From: Laetmonice hystrix
Lineage: Eukaryota
DNA length: 64,000 nucleotides
Direction of reading: 5' to 3'
Assembly (NCBI GenBank): GCA_965235115.1
Contig: OZ249436.1
Span: 10,046,001-10,110,000, forward strand
The notes beneath the pieces are model-generated. The model was given only the letters and a program-made list of their open reading frames with translations. It ran no database searches and was not told the origin of the DNA. This document shows positions 35,401 to 50,100 of this stretch, piece by piece. The position numbers and the translations under genes are program-made. The stretch's first letter is position 1. Each line of letters begins with the position of its first letter.

Positions 35401-38400
35401 AATTACTGCCACAGTCGTCGTTAATGTACACCGTATCCCAAACTTCAAGCATGGAAAGCGGCGCTTACATACACGAAACATACGTGCGACTAGGGAACGA
35501 GGTTTCCTTTGTGCGCGATTGTAGCTGTTTTCAGATGGTCCATATAGGATTCCTGTAGGGGGTCATGAGAAATGGACGGCATGGGCACCCTGGGTCACCA
35601 TGCAAAAAGCTTGTTAGTCCATTGTTTTCAAATCGAGTACAGACGAGGCTATTGTCAAATATCTGTGCGTCAAGAGTAGGACCAGGCCACCTCGCCACAA
35701 CGTTGATGAATCTCAGGTCTTGCACATTCAAACGACATGAATGACCTTTTACACCGATATACCTCGCAATTTTCCAGATTTGTTTTTGATGATTGCTTTA
35801 ACAGGTTACAGATAGATGGCTGCGGCTGATTCATACTGGTAGGGGGCACCTTCGTCGTTACATAGTCGTGATTAGCCAATGTAACAGGCGTCGCTAGCTC
35901 GGCCTATATATGCGAGCTCGCTTCACGTATTGAACACATTTTAAAAACCGCAAAATTTGAGTGATAACCGCACTGTGCTCACATATTCCATGCCTTCAAA
36001 GTGTAGATGGCCATCACTGGCAGCTATTGAGTCTGGCCATCACTGGCAGCTATTGAGCCTGGCCATCACCAGTTGGCAGCTATTGAGCCTGGCCATCACT
36101 ATAAGCTATTGAGCCTGGACATTACTGGCAGCTATTGAGCCTGGCCATCACTGGTAGCTATTGAGCCAAATAAATCTATCAGGTCCCTCTTGAAGTGAGA
36201 TTCACACAATTTTCATCACAATGAAATTTGCAGTCGTGTTGAAATCTGTCATAGCGGCCCATTGCTAAACCACGACTGGGTCCCACGCATTCGCACGTTC
36301 CGAGTCCTTTCGGCAATCTTCGGTAATCTTCGGCAATCTTCGGGCCGTCCGTAGAAAGGACTCTCCCAGATTACATACCACTCACCGGGGATAAAAAGTA
36401 GTGCGTGCACATCTATAAGATGGCTGCTATTGTTTATATTATGTAATAAGCATAGTGATATTTCTTTATTTAAACTTACGCTGGATGTTTATCTTGAGAA
36501 GGATAAACCATCGGTTTGACTGACGTCAGGGGAAATCTGCCATGGCTTCTCAAAACAAGTCGGCAAGCGATGTCCCCATTACCCATACACCCCTGCGCCT
36601 TGCCCAGGTTCCTGTACGATATACACAAGCGTTCATTTTGGCAAATGGGCGCGATCGTGAGCGTGAGGTCCATGGTCACGAAGGGAGCAGTTAGGTGTTT
36701 CTCAGAAAGGAAGCCCAAAAAGCATTCACGCGAATTAGAAAGACGGCGAATTCGAGGGAATCTAAAAGGCATTGGAGAGTGCATCGTGTGTCGTCAAGAT
36801 TTTAAAATGGTTGCTCCCTCCTTGGGCTCCACTGCTCATGCGCGCGAAGACAACCAAAATAGACCGACATGGCGGTTGTGAAGTGTCACCTTTTTCGACT
36901 GCAGACTTGAAAGTTCGGATAAATATCCCTGACAGCCTAGCTAAAACCACATGAAAAGTGACCATCGACGCGTATTTAGATGGAATTGATCAGTCGTGAT
37001 AGGCAAAATGACAGAAATTACGACAGGTTGTCCACGTCGAGTGGTGAATGAAATCGCCCATTGGGTTAAGGTTTTAACGAATGTCGACGTCCGTCCCAGT
37101 ACTGGGACTGATAATTCTGTTTAATTCGTGGTGGGCCTTAAAGCCATCTTGGAATATATCCAGCTGGTCCTCTGCTGCTCAGCTTCAACCAGCCAATCAG
37201 GGGTCCTAAAAGGCTAAGCAGAGCTTAAGTTAAGATCATGCTAACCTTTCTGAAACCGGGCCCAAGTCAACCATGTAAGAACGGCCTTGAGGAAGCCCCG
37301 GACCATCCTTTGAAATAAAGGAAATCCTAACCCAAGGTACTCCTGAATTCTCTCCCCCCCCCACCCCCACCCCTTTAGCAAAATCCTGGAGCCGCCCCAG
37401 CTGAAGTTTTTCGTGAATAGAAATGTCGGGAATGATATAGGGCCTAACTGCCGTAATGTTACGAATAAGATTATAAATACACTCTAGACCTTTATGTTCC
37501 GCGTGAAATGGCTAAACGACACTGTCTTAAATCTGATATGTTCCCGGATGTATACCAAGATGGCGGAGATTGTTTTATTTGGCTGCCGGAACCCCCTCGT
37601 CAATGATGAGATGACAGAACAAATAGCACTAAGTGCGGATGCAACAAGAAATGAAGATAAACTAGTTCAAGCAAACAATTCAAACGACCCACGAAAAGAA
37701 TATCTGAGCAATGGGACAACGTGAAGGGGGAACGAAAGCATATCGCCTTACATAGTATTAAACTACACATAAATTATGGTAAATTATTTACATTGTAACA
37801 TGTATATTATTTTTGACATCTTCTTTATCTTTGAAAACAAAATACATGAAGACGAGGTTGTCCTATCTTTGATCCGATCGCCGAAGTGGAATCAAGAACA
37901 CTTTCACAGTCAGTCAGAAAATCATTGCAATATTGTACCGGTTTGTTTTCAACGTTTTGAGCAACTTATAACGGGGGTAGTTTTGCTTTTTATGTTCATT
38001 GCTAATAATTTCCTCATCGTCAAGTGACTCTTTGATTAAACTATTGTATCAGGCGCCACACACATGGGACAGTGCTTCAGACAGAGTGGCAGAATGCATG
38101 GGGCATTCTGGGGAAATTGTGGAGGCACGTGCTCCCCCCGTCTCTCCGGGTCTGCTACTCCTGGAAGAAACATTCACACCCACTTCCGTTACAAACACAG
38201 CCTGTTTACACCCTCACCTGACTCAAAGTTCGAAATCTCATCGTGCACGACTGTTTTCAAGTCCTGTTAATTAGAGAATCCTCTTCCACAAAAAAACGTC
38301 ACGCTGATCTGGCGAATACAGATCGAGTTCGGTTCCTCGAATGGGCAGGTGGCCACGGAAATTCTCATCAACCCGTATCTCTCATTTGAATACGAATTAA

Positions 38401-41400
38401 TTAATGTCATAATTATATTTGTTCACGCTGGAAAATGTAAGACGATGTGCTGAACCTCGATGGGATTTACGATCAGTTCGGGGCCAATTTCTCCATCGAT
38501 TCGAAGATGCAGCGTGCAAAGTGTATTTTTTTTCCAGAACGTAATCCAACTGTGCATAGCCACTTTGGTAATTATCGTGGTTATATGGTTTTGTTTCTAC
38601 CAAGACCCCATTGACAGCCACAAGATGAGTGTGCAGTCATTAAACCTTTAAAACAGCTTCTCATCGCCACAATCGTTTGTCATGCTTCGGTCCAGGCTTC
38701 AGTTTGCATAAAAGAGTGAGGTTGTCATCCGATGAACTGCCTTCTGACATTGATGCTGGGCTTTCTTGCCCCTGTAAAGCTCTTTGCATGCCCATGGACA
38801 TCGGTTAACGCCACTAAAAAGAGACGGATGTTCAGCAATAATCTCAGTTCGTGACCGTGCCCATCTATTTTCCAGACTCGTGACAACAGCTTAGGCACTG
38901 TTTAATGTGGGAGATGCTTTAAGTACAAAGGCGGAGAGAGAAAGCCACCTTGTCAAGGCAAGGTTATCTACTTTGAGTTACTCTGAATGGCGTTGGACTG
39001 GGAGATGAACAGAGCACATAACAGACAAGGTTAGTTGTGCCAGCAACTGATGACCTGGGACAGCATAAACACATTCTGAACACCGGCAACTCAGACTCTG
39101 GGTTCAGATTCGAGGGGCTCCTCCTGATTGATCGCCCCACCATTTCACTACCGTATCTCCCTTGCGCCCCGCCCTCCGGTGATATTTCACCGAAGGCTGG
39201 TTTGCTACAGGCACTGACATCAGCATTCCTTTACCTGCGGATACACTCTTATTTACCTTGTCAACGTCAGGAATCCCTGTACGTACATCTTGTGAACGTT
39301 AAATGAGGGTACGGCTGGATAGAAAATGTAGGTGCATGTAGTCAGGGGGAAGCTATTCAATCAATTACCTCACTTCGGTTGTGTGTCTCTTGCTTGCGTG
39401 TTGACAGTTGCGACAGGAAGAGCTCTTTATGTTTTGAGTCGACGTAGAAAGACAAAGAGCAGCGAATAATACAAAAATTAATAATGGTGAGGGAAAATGA
39501 AACAGAACAATTAAATTTATCTGGATTCGAAATTGAATTATAAACAATTGAAACAAATGACCAAGTTCAAATATAGTTCTATTGTAACAGTAAAAGCGAC
39601 GAGAGTCTGCTATTTTTTCGAACCTGCGCCAAGACCATACATGCAGGAGTAGGTACAAGTGCAGTTACCCTCCCGTGAGCGTGATAATAAAGGGCCCCTT
39701 TTCCGAGATGAAGCCTTTTTCATCTGATAGATGTTTATGGGCAAGTGCCATTTTGATCGTCGGTCTGTTTCCGCGACAATCTTAGGGTGCGCACGGCCCC
39801 AGCAACTTTGGAAGAGAATGCTCTGTTACAAAGATTCCATTTATAAGTCAGTCTTGAAGATAACGATTGCTACAATATATAAACACTGCGGGAGTAATAA
39901 AGAGTAATGAGGTGCTTTGGGGAGTGAGCGGGTGAGTGAGTGAGTGAGTGAGTGAGTGAGTGAGTGAGTGAGTGAGTGAGTGAGTGAGTGAGTGAGTGAG
40001 TGAGTGAGCGAGTGAGTGAGCGAGTGAGTGTGGGAGTGAGTGGGGGAGTTAGTGAGTGAGTGAGTGGAGGAGTTGGGGAGTGAGTGAGTGATTTTCTTTT
40101 TAAAATGCACGGGCATCAGGTGTAACCCAGTTACTTTGAGAATGTCTGAAAAGAGAAAAGTTGTATAGTCCTCTACTGGAATCAAAGCCCGGCCCCAAGA
40201 TTACTGCACCCATTCGCATAGCATAAAGTATCAACGCCCATGCCCACTCGGCCACCGCCACTTCCCTAAAAAGGAAACTTTGGTGGTCGAGCAGGACAAA
40301 GGACCCTCCCCCTACACACATCTTTCGAGATGAGACGGAATCCATGCTTTCCTAGATAGAGCTACACATGATTTCTGCGGATCATTCCACTGTTAAGGTC
40401 ATCCTGGCTTTGAGAATGTCCGCAAAGAGAAAAGTTGTATAGTGCTCCATGCACTGGAATTGAACCTCTGCCCCAAGATTACTGCACCCATTCCCATAGC
40501 ATAATTATCAACGCCCATGCCCACTCGGCCAGTGAGTGAGTGGGGAGTCTGTGGGTGTGGGTGTGGGTGTGGGGGTGTGGGTGTGGGGGTGTGGGTGTGG
40601 GTGGCCTGAAGCTTCTGTTAAGATCGGTGACCCTTGTCTCGTGGGCCACCATAGATACTCGGCACTGGAACCGATGGTAAGACGATGGCGATCGATTTTA
40701 TACTCGGTGTACTAAACATTCCAGAATATCTTAGCTGAACCCCAACCCCAACCCCAACCCCCTTCTGGAGTTAGCGAACAGCCCCCTTAAATCAATACCA
40801 GCAGATAGAATCCGAACAGGCGTGCAATCAAATAAATCCTGTGGATATTTTACCGGCCTCTTCAAGGGTAGCGCTGAAGATTGGCGATGAGGAGGGCGAC
40901 AGGAGGCTTTGCTAATCGGGCAGGAAAATACACCAGCAAGCCACAACTGGAGCATTCATCTGCATCTAATCTCACACGGCACTTTAACGAAGCTTGAAGT
41001 TTAACCCGGATATTTCATTATCCATACTATAATGGTCCGAATGGCTCACAGAGAATCGCGATGGGCTTGACTTTAATGATGTCTGGTCCAACATCATTTT
41101 GGTGCATTCGCTGATACACATCAAAGAAACTTAAGTAACCCCCGCATGTTAATGAAAGGTAAATCTCCACAGGACGGACCCATATTTTATATCATTGCGT
41201 CGTCTGCATTCGAATGTGCATTTATTAACTGCGGATTTGTTGTGGGCTGTGGTTGTAGAATACTTTGTCTTCAGCCACGTAATTAATGACCGCTTTGTTT
41301 GATATCGCCATCTGAGCGTCTAGATATCTATTTACTGTATGCATCAATGACCTCGTTGTGAAAGAAAAACAATTAATAAATCTGTCTATAGAGAAAGGTA

Positions 41401-43831
41401 CTAATCGGAGAATGTTCTCCTGAATGGTTTCTATACCTATAGTTTGTGTATTGATTTCACTGCATGGAATGGCACACATAATGTTCATTGTCACATTTCT
41501 TTACCATTATTCGTTGTTTTGCCCGTGGTAAGGGGTGTAAACTGCGCATCCATTTGTAAGGCGCCCCAGTTGTTTCCTATCAGCCAAATTACTGCCACTT
41601 TGACATTTTTAGGTAGTATGCATCCATTGGTTGTTCCCAGAACCTTCTTATCAGATCTGGAAGTTTTAAACATTTTGACCTATGACTATGGCTAATCGTA
41701 CTTAACAATATTTGGTAATACTTATCTCAGGGGGCAGTCCTACACCAACCATAAATCTCGACACGTACAGGGGCAAAGGGTTCGTTTGCTTCCAGCACAT
41801 GAAAGATTTATGAAAGTGGTGTGAAAGCGTTATCTCCTCTAAAACTGCAGATTATGTTTTACACATTATATAATAAGTACAACTGATATATGAATGAATC
41901 ATACCTTTTATGATAAAAAACACAGTTCAAGGTTAGGTCATGTCATTTAGAAGATTGTTAGATGTATTGTCATCTTGCCTATAGTATAGGATATTTAGAA
42001 TGCTGTCAGAATGCAGTCAGAATATTTAGAATGCACCTCGAATGCCGTACGAGTGCGGTTCGATTGCTGCCCAAATACTGCCCGAAGTCTAGTTGGAAGG
42101 TGCCTCGAATGCTGTACGAATTCACCTCAAATGCAGTCAGAACGCTCCCGGAATGGCCGCCGAATATGGTTCGAACGTCCTAAAATTCAAACAGAATGCA
42201 GCTCGAATAGACTACATAGTACTTAGAAAGCACTTCGAATGTAACACGAATGTCCAGAGTAGATCTATAGATTCCGACAGCAATCGAGAGGCATTCGAGG
42301 TGCATTCCGGCTCATTCGAGGCGCATTCGGGACATTCTGGCGGGAGTTGAAGTGGCTTGCCGTTTCGAATCTCCCTCGACATGCGATCAGAATGTTTCGA
42401 ATGCTGTTGGAATGTCGTAAGAATATTTAGAATGCAGTCAGATTGCAATTAGAATACACTTCGAATTCCGTTCGGTATTTTTCCACTTCGAATGCACCTC
42501 GAAAGTTTTGAGCATGAGCAAAGCATTCGGGCTGGACACAAGAATGGGCCCGAATATTTGTAATGCACTCAGAATGCAGTCAGAACTTTTAGAATGCACT
42601 TCGAATATCCAGGAATAATAGGCCTATACCAACAGCATTCTGACTCATTCCGCCTCTAGTGTGACTAGGGTATAACCGGGACGCTGAAGGCGCCGAGGTT
42701 ATGGGAACTCGGGGAACCAAAAGACAAACCAAATATTTGCTATAATCGCCCCATTCCCGAATAAAAATAACCTGAGGCTATATGCCGCCGGTCACCATCT
42801 GACATGTTAGTAGAAGAGGGCGCCACCGAATGTGTTCAGTTTACCGATGCTGCATTTACAATGATTTCACATCCTTTGTTAGAGCACATTTAGTTTCTCC
42901 CAGGATGCAATAGGCTAGACAGAGATAATGTACTATCAAAGGCATTTTTAAACATTCGCGGACTTTTACTTCGATTTCATATATAGGCGCCAGGCCATGC
43001 ACCTACCCCGGTTCCAAAACACCTGTCTTGATATTACAAAAATTCAATTAGTAAGTAGAAGAAAATCCGTAGGGAACCCTTTTGTATCGAAGTATCTGAG
43101 AATAACGCATACAGAATTAATGATCTTGAGTGCTCCTAGATTCCGCAGCGCTAGTGAAATGTTTGTACACACGTAAACTACCAGCTGCCAGAATGTCCAC
43201 AGAAAGATGATGCAAGGCTGGAAGGTCCTAAGAACAGTATACTGGTATACTGCTTTCGATACTACAAAGATTACAAGGTGCTATAGTAGCTCTATCTCAC
43301 TCTCTCTGTCTCTCTCTCTGTGTCTGTGTCTCTGTCTCTCTATCTATCTATCTATCTCTCTCTCTCTAAATTTTTGACGATATGAAACATTTTGTATGGA
43401 CTGGAAGATTTTTCTGAAATCAAGGTTACATTCACGCATTAAAGGTGTCAATCCTGTCAGTTAAATTACATCCCTGAATGTTTAAATTATAAATGAATAT
43501 GATATCTCATGATCTGCTTCCCGTAAGTGATTTCTGATCTTATTCTAACCAAACCACTGTCTGTTACAGGATACTGCAATCTATTTTAAAAGCCAGAGGC
43601 GGGCTTCAATAAAATCACTAAAATCATGACATCACATGACATTGTCTCTACACACGTAACGGATTTATGACTTTTAAACAAGATTAAATGGAAAAGCGTG
43701 TACATGGATTATGGGTTATTCAGAAACGTTGCATCCTCTTCAAAATACTATTAATGACACAACACACGAAATCCTTTGTCAGGTAGATAAATGAATCCCG
43801 TTCAGGGCCTCTCTCTGGCTCTCTCTCTCGT

Positions 43832-43888
<57 letters not shown>

Positions 43889-44160
43889 CTTTCTCTCTCT
43901 GAGTTGAATACTAAGTCGTAGTTGAAATGTTTCGCAGCCTGTAGACCTATAGATAAATGAATCCCGTTCAGGGCCTCTCTCTGGCTCTATCTCTCTCTCT
44001 CTCTCTCTCTCTCTGGCTCTCTCTCTCGTTCTTTCTCTCTCTCTCTCGTTCTTTCTCTCTCTGAGTTGAACACTAAGTCGTAGTTGAAATGTTTCGCAGC
44101 CTGTAGACCTATAGATAAATGAATCCCGTTCAGGGCCTCTCTCTGGCTCTCTCTCTCTCC

Positions 44161-44194
<34 letters not shown>

Positions 44195-47100
44195 GGCTCT
44201 CTCTCTCGTTCTTTCTCTCTCTGAGTTGAAAACTAAATCGTAGTTGAAATGTTTCGCAGCATGTTACCGACCGTTTCTTATTCCTTGCGGTAAGAATAAC
44301 CACCAAAACTCGGGGGGGGGGGGGGGCATTTTGAAAACACGTGGCAGAGCTAGACGAAGCCACTCAAACGGTCTGAGCATTTCATGCCTACTAAACACCC
44401 GAGTCGTGGGACCACCCATCGATTGATCAATACACGCCCCGGGATCCATCATACATAAGGACATGGGCCTTTTCCTGTAAGTGTTGCCACCACTTTAAGT
44501 TCCCATGCAGGGTCTCGTTCATCAATGTCCCGTTGAAGATGTGCTGAGTTATATACGGGTTTTTATGTACAGAGTTAGCTGTGGCGAAATAATATTGGGA
44601 CTGACGTATCTGTCTGTATTCCGTGCAACACTTCGCGTGTGTCTGATCCACTTTTGTTAAAGAAGGCACCCATTGAACCTAGCCAAGCAGCACCATTAGC
44701 TCAATGGACGTTTGAGGTCTGAAGGTCTCGGTCCACAGGGCAGGTTTCTTGGGAAGTTGGGTTTAAATGGTGGAACCCATTTTCAGAATATGCTTAGGCT
44801 AACCAGCTAAAGTAGGAATAGCCCCTAAAATGATCATAAGAGGGATTCGATTAAGTCGCCCCAATAAAGATCAGGGTTTTAACTAAAAGGGTGTTCTTTT
44901 CATTTGCAAACGCCCACAGGACATGTCGCTCCTGGTTATTTTTTTTGCCCTTGAAGAAAACGATTAAGGACAACTGTACGTGTGTAATTTCCTTTTGCCA
45001 GATTTCTTTAGCTTTTTCTGGGGATTCTAACATGTACCTCTGGCATGATGCTAATTAGGAATCATACACAATTATATCCTGTCAAACACGTATGGTCAGT
45101 ATGTATGGAGGTAATGTTATTGGAAGTCTCCAATCGAAAACGAGGTGAGACTACCAGCTAACACAGACTTGTGGACGACGGCTAAAGTCGTGTTTCCATG
45201 TGTGCGTTTCCGTTTTCCGATTCCGTTTTCCGTTATCCGTTTCCGATTCGATCGTTTATGCCTATTTCGTATGAGAGTGTTTCCATGTGCGCGTTTTGTA
45301 GCCCGATTTGAATGAAACGCGCACATTGGAAACACTCTCATACGAAATAGGCATAAACGATCGAATCGGAAAGGATAACGGAAACGGAATCGGAAAACGG
45401 AAACGCACACATGGAAACACGGCTTATCGCAGGTGGACGACGGCTAAGGCCGGGTTTTCATGTGTGCATTTCTCCGTTGTCCGTTTCCCTTATCCGTTTC
45501 CGATTCAACCTTTATGCCTATTTCCTATGGAGCGTTTCAATTTGTACAATCGGACTACGAAACGTACACATGGAAACGCTCCCATTGGAAATAGCCATAA
45601 ATGATCGAATCAGAAACGGATAACGGAAACGGATAACGGAAACGGATAACGGACAGCGGAAACATACACATGGAAACCCGGCTTTACACACGTGGATGTG
45701 TGCCGAGAGAATCGTACACATGGAAACCCGGCTTTACACACGTAGATGTGTGCCGAGAGAATCGTACACATGGAAACCCGGCTTTACACACGTGGATGTG
45801 TGCCGAGAGAATCGTACACATGGAAACCCGGCTTTACACACGTGGATGTGTGCCGAGAGAAACGTACACATGGAAACCCGGCTTTACACACGTGGATGTG
45901 TGCCGAGAGAAACGTACACATGGAAACCCGGCTTTACACACGTGGATGTGTGCCGAGAGAAACGTACACATGGAAACCCAGCTTTACACACGTGGATGTG
46001 TGCCGAGAGAAACGTACACATGGAAACCCGGCTTTACACACGTGGATGTGTGCCGAGAGAATCGTACACATGGAAACCCGGCTTTACACACGTGGATGTG
46101 TGCCGAGAGAAGCAAAGTTGCGGATAGAGATAATTATAGATAATTATCATTCCATTCAGTTTATTTCTCAGAAATCTAAATATGAAATATTCCAGACTAT
46201 TCTCTACATAATATAAGTTTATAAAAATGTCAAGTCTTAATTCAGATGATAGAACTCCCATAAACGTTGACGTGGAAATCAGTTTCTGGTAAAACGAACG
46301 TCAAATAAAAAGCAATCAGGAGCTGGTAATTAGTTTAGTATGGGGATTCCTTGAATGATTAATGGGGCACTTTGAACTTTGGTTTGGAACCGTTCCCTCA
46401 TCTGATTGCCCAGACACCTATGTGGGCTGCCGGGAGGGAGAGTTGATGTGCTGCAGTTTGTCCAACCAGCAGACTTCAGCTGTAATCCCGGAATGCGCCA
46501 TCTTCCCTAGGGTACGCCATGCCTAGATGGATATCATCAGCCGAGCTCCAACTTCTGGAGACGTCACAAACCAGAGTGCACAGGAAGAGCATGAAGCTTT
46601 GCCCGGGAGATTCTTAATGCAGTTTACTTGGACGATTCATATAGAATGATGAAGTACATGAGCCCGAGTATCAGCGGTAGAGGTAATTACCTGTGATAAA
46701 TGTGGACACTACCGATCATTGCAGCTCTCGGGTATGTTCTGGTTATTGGCATCATTGTGGGGTCCCATCGCCATTCCCAATACCGGGAGCCCCGCAGACC
46801 AATCATTATCAGGACCAAGGCAATGTAGACACAGTCATCATTCTCTTGTATGGATGATAAAGTTCTTTATGTGTTTATAATAATGTGTCATGGAGCATCC
46901 TACGATAGAAATGTTTAGAGTCGAGCAAGAAAGTGGATTTCATTTGGGGAGAGGAATCAGAAGATGGTGCAAGAGGCGTAGATCTACACACGCCCTGTTT
47001 GTTCCTGATTAAGGCCTATAGCATAGCATGGAAGAGTACTACCCACCCCAAACTGTTCCTTACTGTCCCCCAAACTGTTCCTCATTTCTCACCATCCCTG

Positions 47101-50100
47101 AACATCCATGGCATGGTGTATCGGTCGATTGGCACACCGGTCGGTGAGAATATTATTGTGTATATCGGAACAAATCAATCATTTATGGCGGCTATGAGAT
47201 GGTCACTGCATCAGGCCATGAGATGGTCACTGCATCAGACCACTCTTGAGTTATCACGGAACTGTGCTGCCCTGTTCGGACGGAGGATGTGTTGTGATTA
47301 TTAACGGGTCATTGTATATATCAGTGGTGCAACTCGATTCCTTGCAGGACCCGAGTATGTGGATAAACCTATCAGGTTAAAAGAATACATGTTGATGCAT
47401 GTATAAAGGCCACGATTCGTGACATTTATTTGTCTTCCCTCTATGAGGTGAATAGTCACTGTTATATGTGGATATATTACGGCAATAACCATGCCTTCTT
47501 GATTTTTGCGCCTAATTAACCTTTGTCGCTGAAAATAAGCTTTCTTCCACAAAGCTATAACAATAAATGGCTATATCATTGCTTTTTGTGAACCATACGT
47601 CAAAAATTAACAACTTCAAGCGTAACGGTATTTTAGGGGTCAACATTGGCGTGCACACATGATCTTGATCCGGCATTAATATTGTTTTTGTGTCCAAGCA
47701 AGCCACCCCGGAAGGTCTTTCTCCGCATACAACATAGTAAGTGTCCAAGCAAGCCACCCCGGAAGGTCTTTCTCCGCATACAACATAGTAAGTGTCCAAG
47801 CAAGCCACTATGGAAGGTCTCTCTCCGCATACAACATAGTAAGTGTCCAAGCAAGCCAGTATGGAAGGTCTCTCTCCGCATACAACATAGTAAGTGTTCA
47901 AGCAAGCCACCCCGGAAGGTCTCTCTCCGCATACAACATAGTAAGTGTCCAAGCAAGCCACCCCGGAAGGTCTCTCTCCGCATACAACATAGTAAGTGTC
48001 CAAGCAAGCCACCCCGGAAGGTCTCTCTCCGCATACAACATAGTAAGTGTCCAAACATGCCACCCCGGAAGGTCTCTCTCCGCATACAACATAGTAAGTG
48101 TCCAAGCAAGCCACTATGGAAGGTCTCTCTCCGCATACAACATAGTAAGTGTCCAAGCAAGCCACCCCAGAAGGTCTCTCTCCGCATACAACATAGTAAG
48201 TGTCCAAGCAAGCCACCCCGGAAGGTCTCTCTCCGCATACAACATAGTAAGTGTCCAAGCAAGCCACCCCGGGAAGTCTCTCTCCGCATACAACATAGTA
48301 AGTGTCCAAGCAAGCCACCCCGGGAGGTCTCTCTCCGCATACAACATAGTAAGTTCCGTTTTGACACCTCAGTGCGTGTCCTTATGGCATATTCATTATT
48401 CTTGTAAGAAAAGACGACCCTGCCATCATGGATGTTGACTCCCTATATATTTACACAGGATAGGGCTGCTGGTAGGAGATTTGTTATATTATGTTGATGT
48501 TCTGAGCAGGTCGCATTCCTCAGGTGGCATGTGGTGTCCTTTATATACGACTATATATATATGCATATTTATGACTGTGAAGGGCTTGGGGCTGCAGAAA
48601 TATGGCCGGACACAGTGCAGTGAAAGAGACTAACCGACAGGAAATTTGTTCCTGAGAGGTGCTTATTTTCAACGGCGAGTAAATGTAGCAAAGGGTGTAA
48701 AAGCAAACGACTACAAAAACATATATGTCAGGTCGCTTCCTGCTGCAGCTCAAGCTCAGGTTCAAGTACCGTTCTTGTCATAGCAGTGGTACTGTGAAAG
48801 GGCGAAGTCGTTAATAACGACTCTCGTTAACCACAGATGTTACACCAAATAACTCAAGTCGCCAATATATCGAGATGTTACTCGCCCACAAAGTGATTCT
48901 AGCGCCCACGTCAGGAGGTTTGGTGAGCGTTAAGGTGCCTGCATATATTAAAGGTGATGGTAAAGGAAGCTCGTTTGAAAACCATTAATGGAATGTATAT
49001 TAAAGGCTCACCGAAAGATTATAGTGACGAGAGACAACGTGCCTTTCACCACTAGCTATATGCTGTATAAATATGGTAATAATGCACTGACCCGTATGTG
49101 AGGGTAATAATGCACTGACCCGTATGTGAGGGTAATAATGCACTGACCCGTATGTGAGGGTAATAATGCACTGACCCGTATGTGAGGGTAATAATGCACT
49201 GACCCGTATGTGAGAAAAATGAAAAGTATAGCACTCGGAGCCGAAGAGGTTAGTTTACGACTGGCTCCAACTAAAATTGCAGGCTGATTCATAACATAAC
49301 GTAACAAAACATAAAACATAAAATTTATCTTTAATTTAGGTTATGTTGCGCACCAGAATAACCGCAAATTTAACGCGGAATAAGAGCAGTAGAACCACTT
49401 TTTTGCTGTCATTAGCTAACCTCATCATAACGTGAATGAAACGGGAAAGTATTTTCTTGATTTTCTCGTAAAAATGACTTTCAGAATTATTATTTTAAAA
49501 CAGGACTTGCAGGAAATATGATTGAAAAAGAATCCTCCCGACAAATTAGTCTTTTGGGCAGGCAGAGGATCATTACCTAAAGACCGTTAATCCCTTTGAA
49601 GGATTAATTCAATAAAGAGAGACATTTGTAATAATCAGACGGCCCACTTTAAACTGTTCCGGGAACACATTAGAACACATGTTGCCGTGAAAGGGTAACT
49701 CTTATTTTCACGAAGAATCCCACCAGGAAGGCTAGGAAGTATTAGCCAGCAGTGAAAATAAAATAATACAGCACATATTTGCAAAGGCAATACCTGCATG
49801 AGGTATCTGTTATACAAATATTCATATTATTTGTTCGGCACACGCTGCTGAGTGCTCCATGCACCTCTAACGTACAACAAGGTGCAGATATAATTGCAGA
49901 ACGTGCGCTTTAAGCGACTTGCTCTTTTCAGGTTCCGTCCTTTTTCTCTCCAGTAGACCTCCCACCGGTTGTACTTTGACAACGGCTAACTCCATCTAAT
50001 GTGACTTAATTCCGTATAATTGATTAAATAACGAAAGGTATGTGCTCAGAATTGTGGGGAATTAATGGTATATTATTGGTTTGGCATGGAGCATTGGCTA

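Noticed and set aside
38397..38900. Minus-strand peptide [13 protein letters not shown], faintly like a Gypsy pol linker
   Set aside because: No adjacent protease or RT motifs; the match is too short to support.
41225..41673. Two abutting minus-strand ORFs (60 and 89 aa)
   Set aside because: No recognisable homology or splice signals; consistent with chance.
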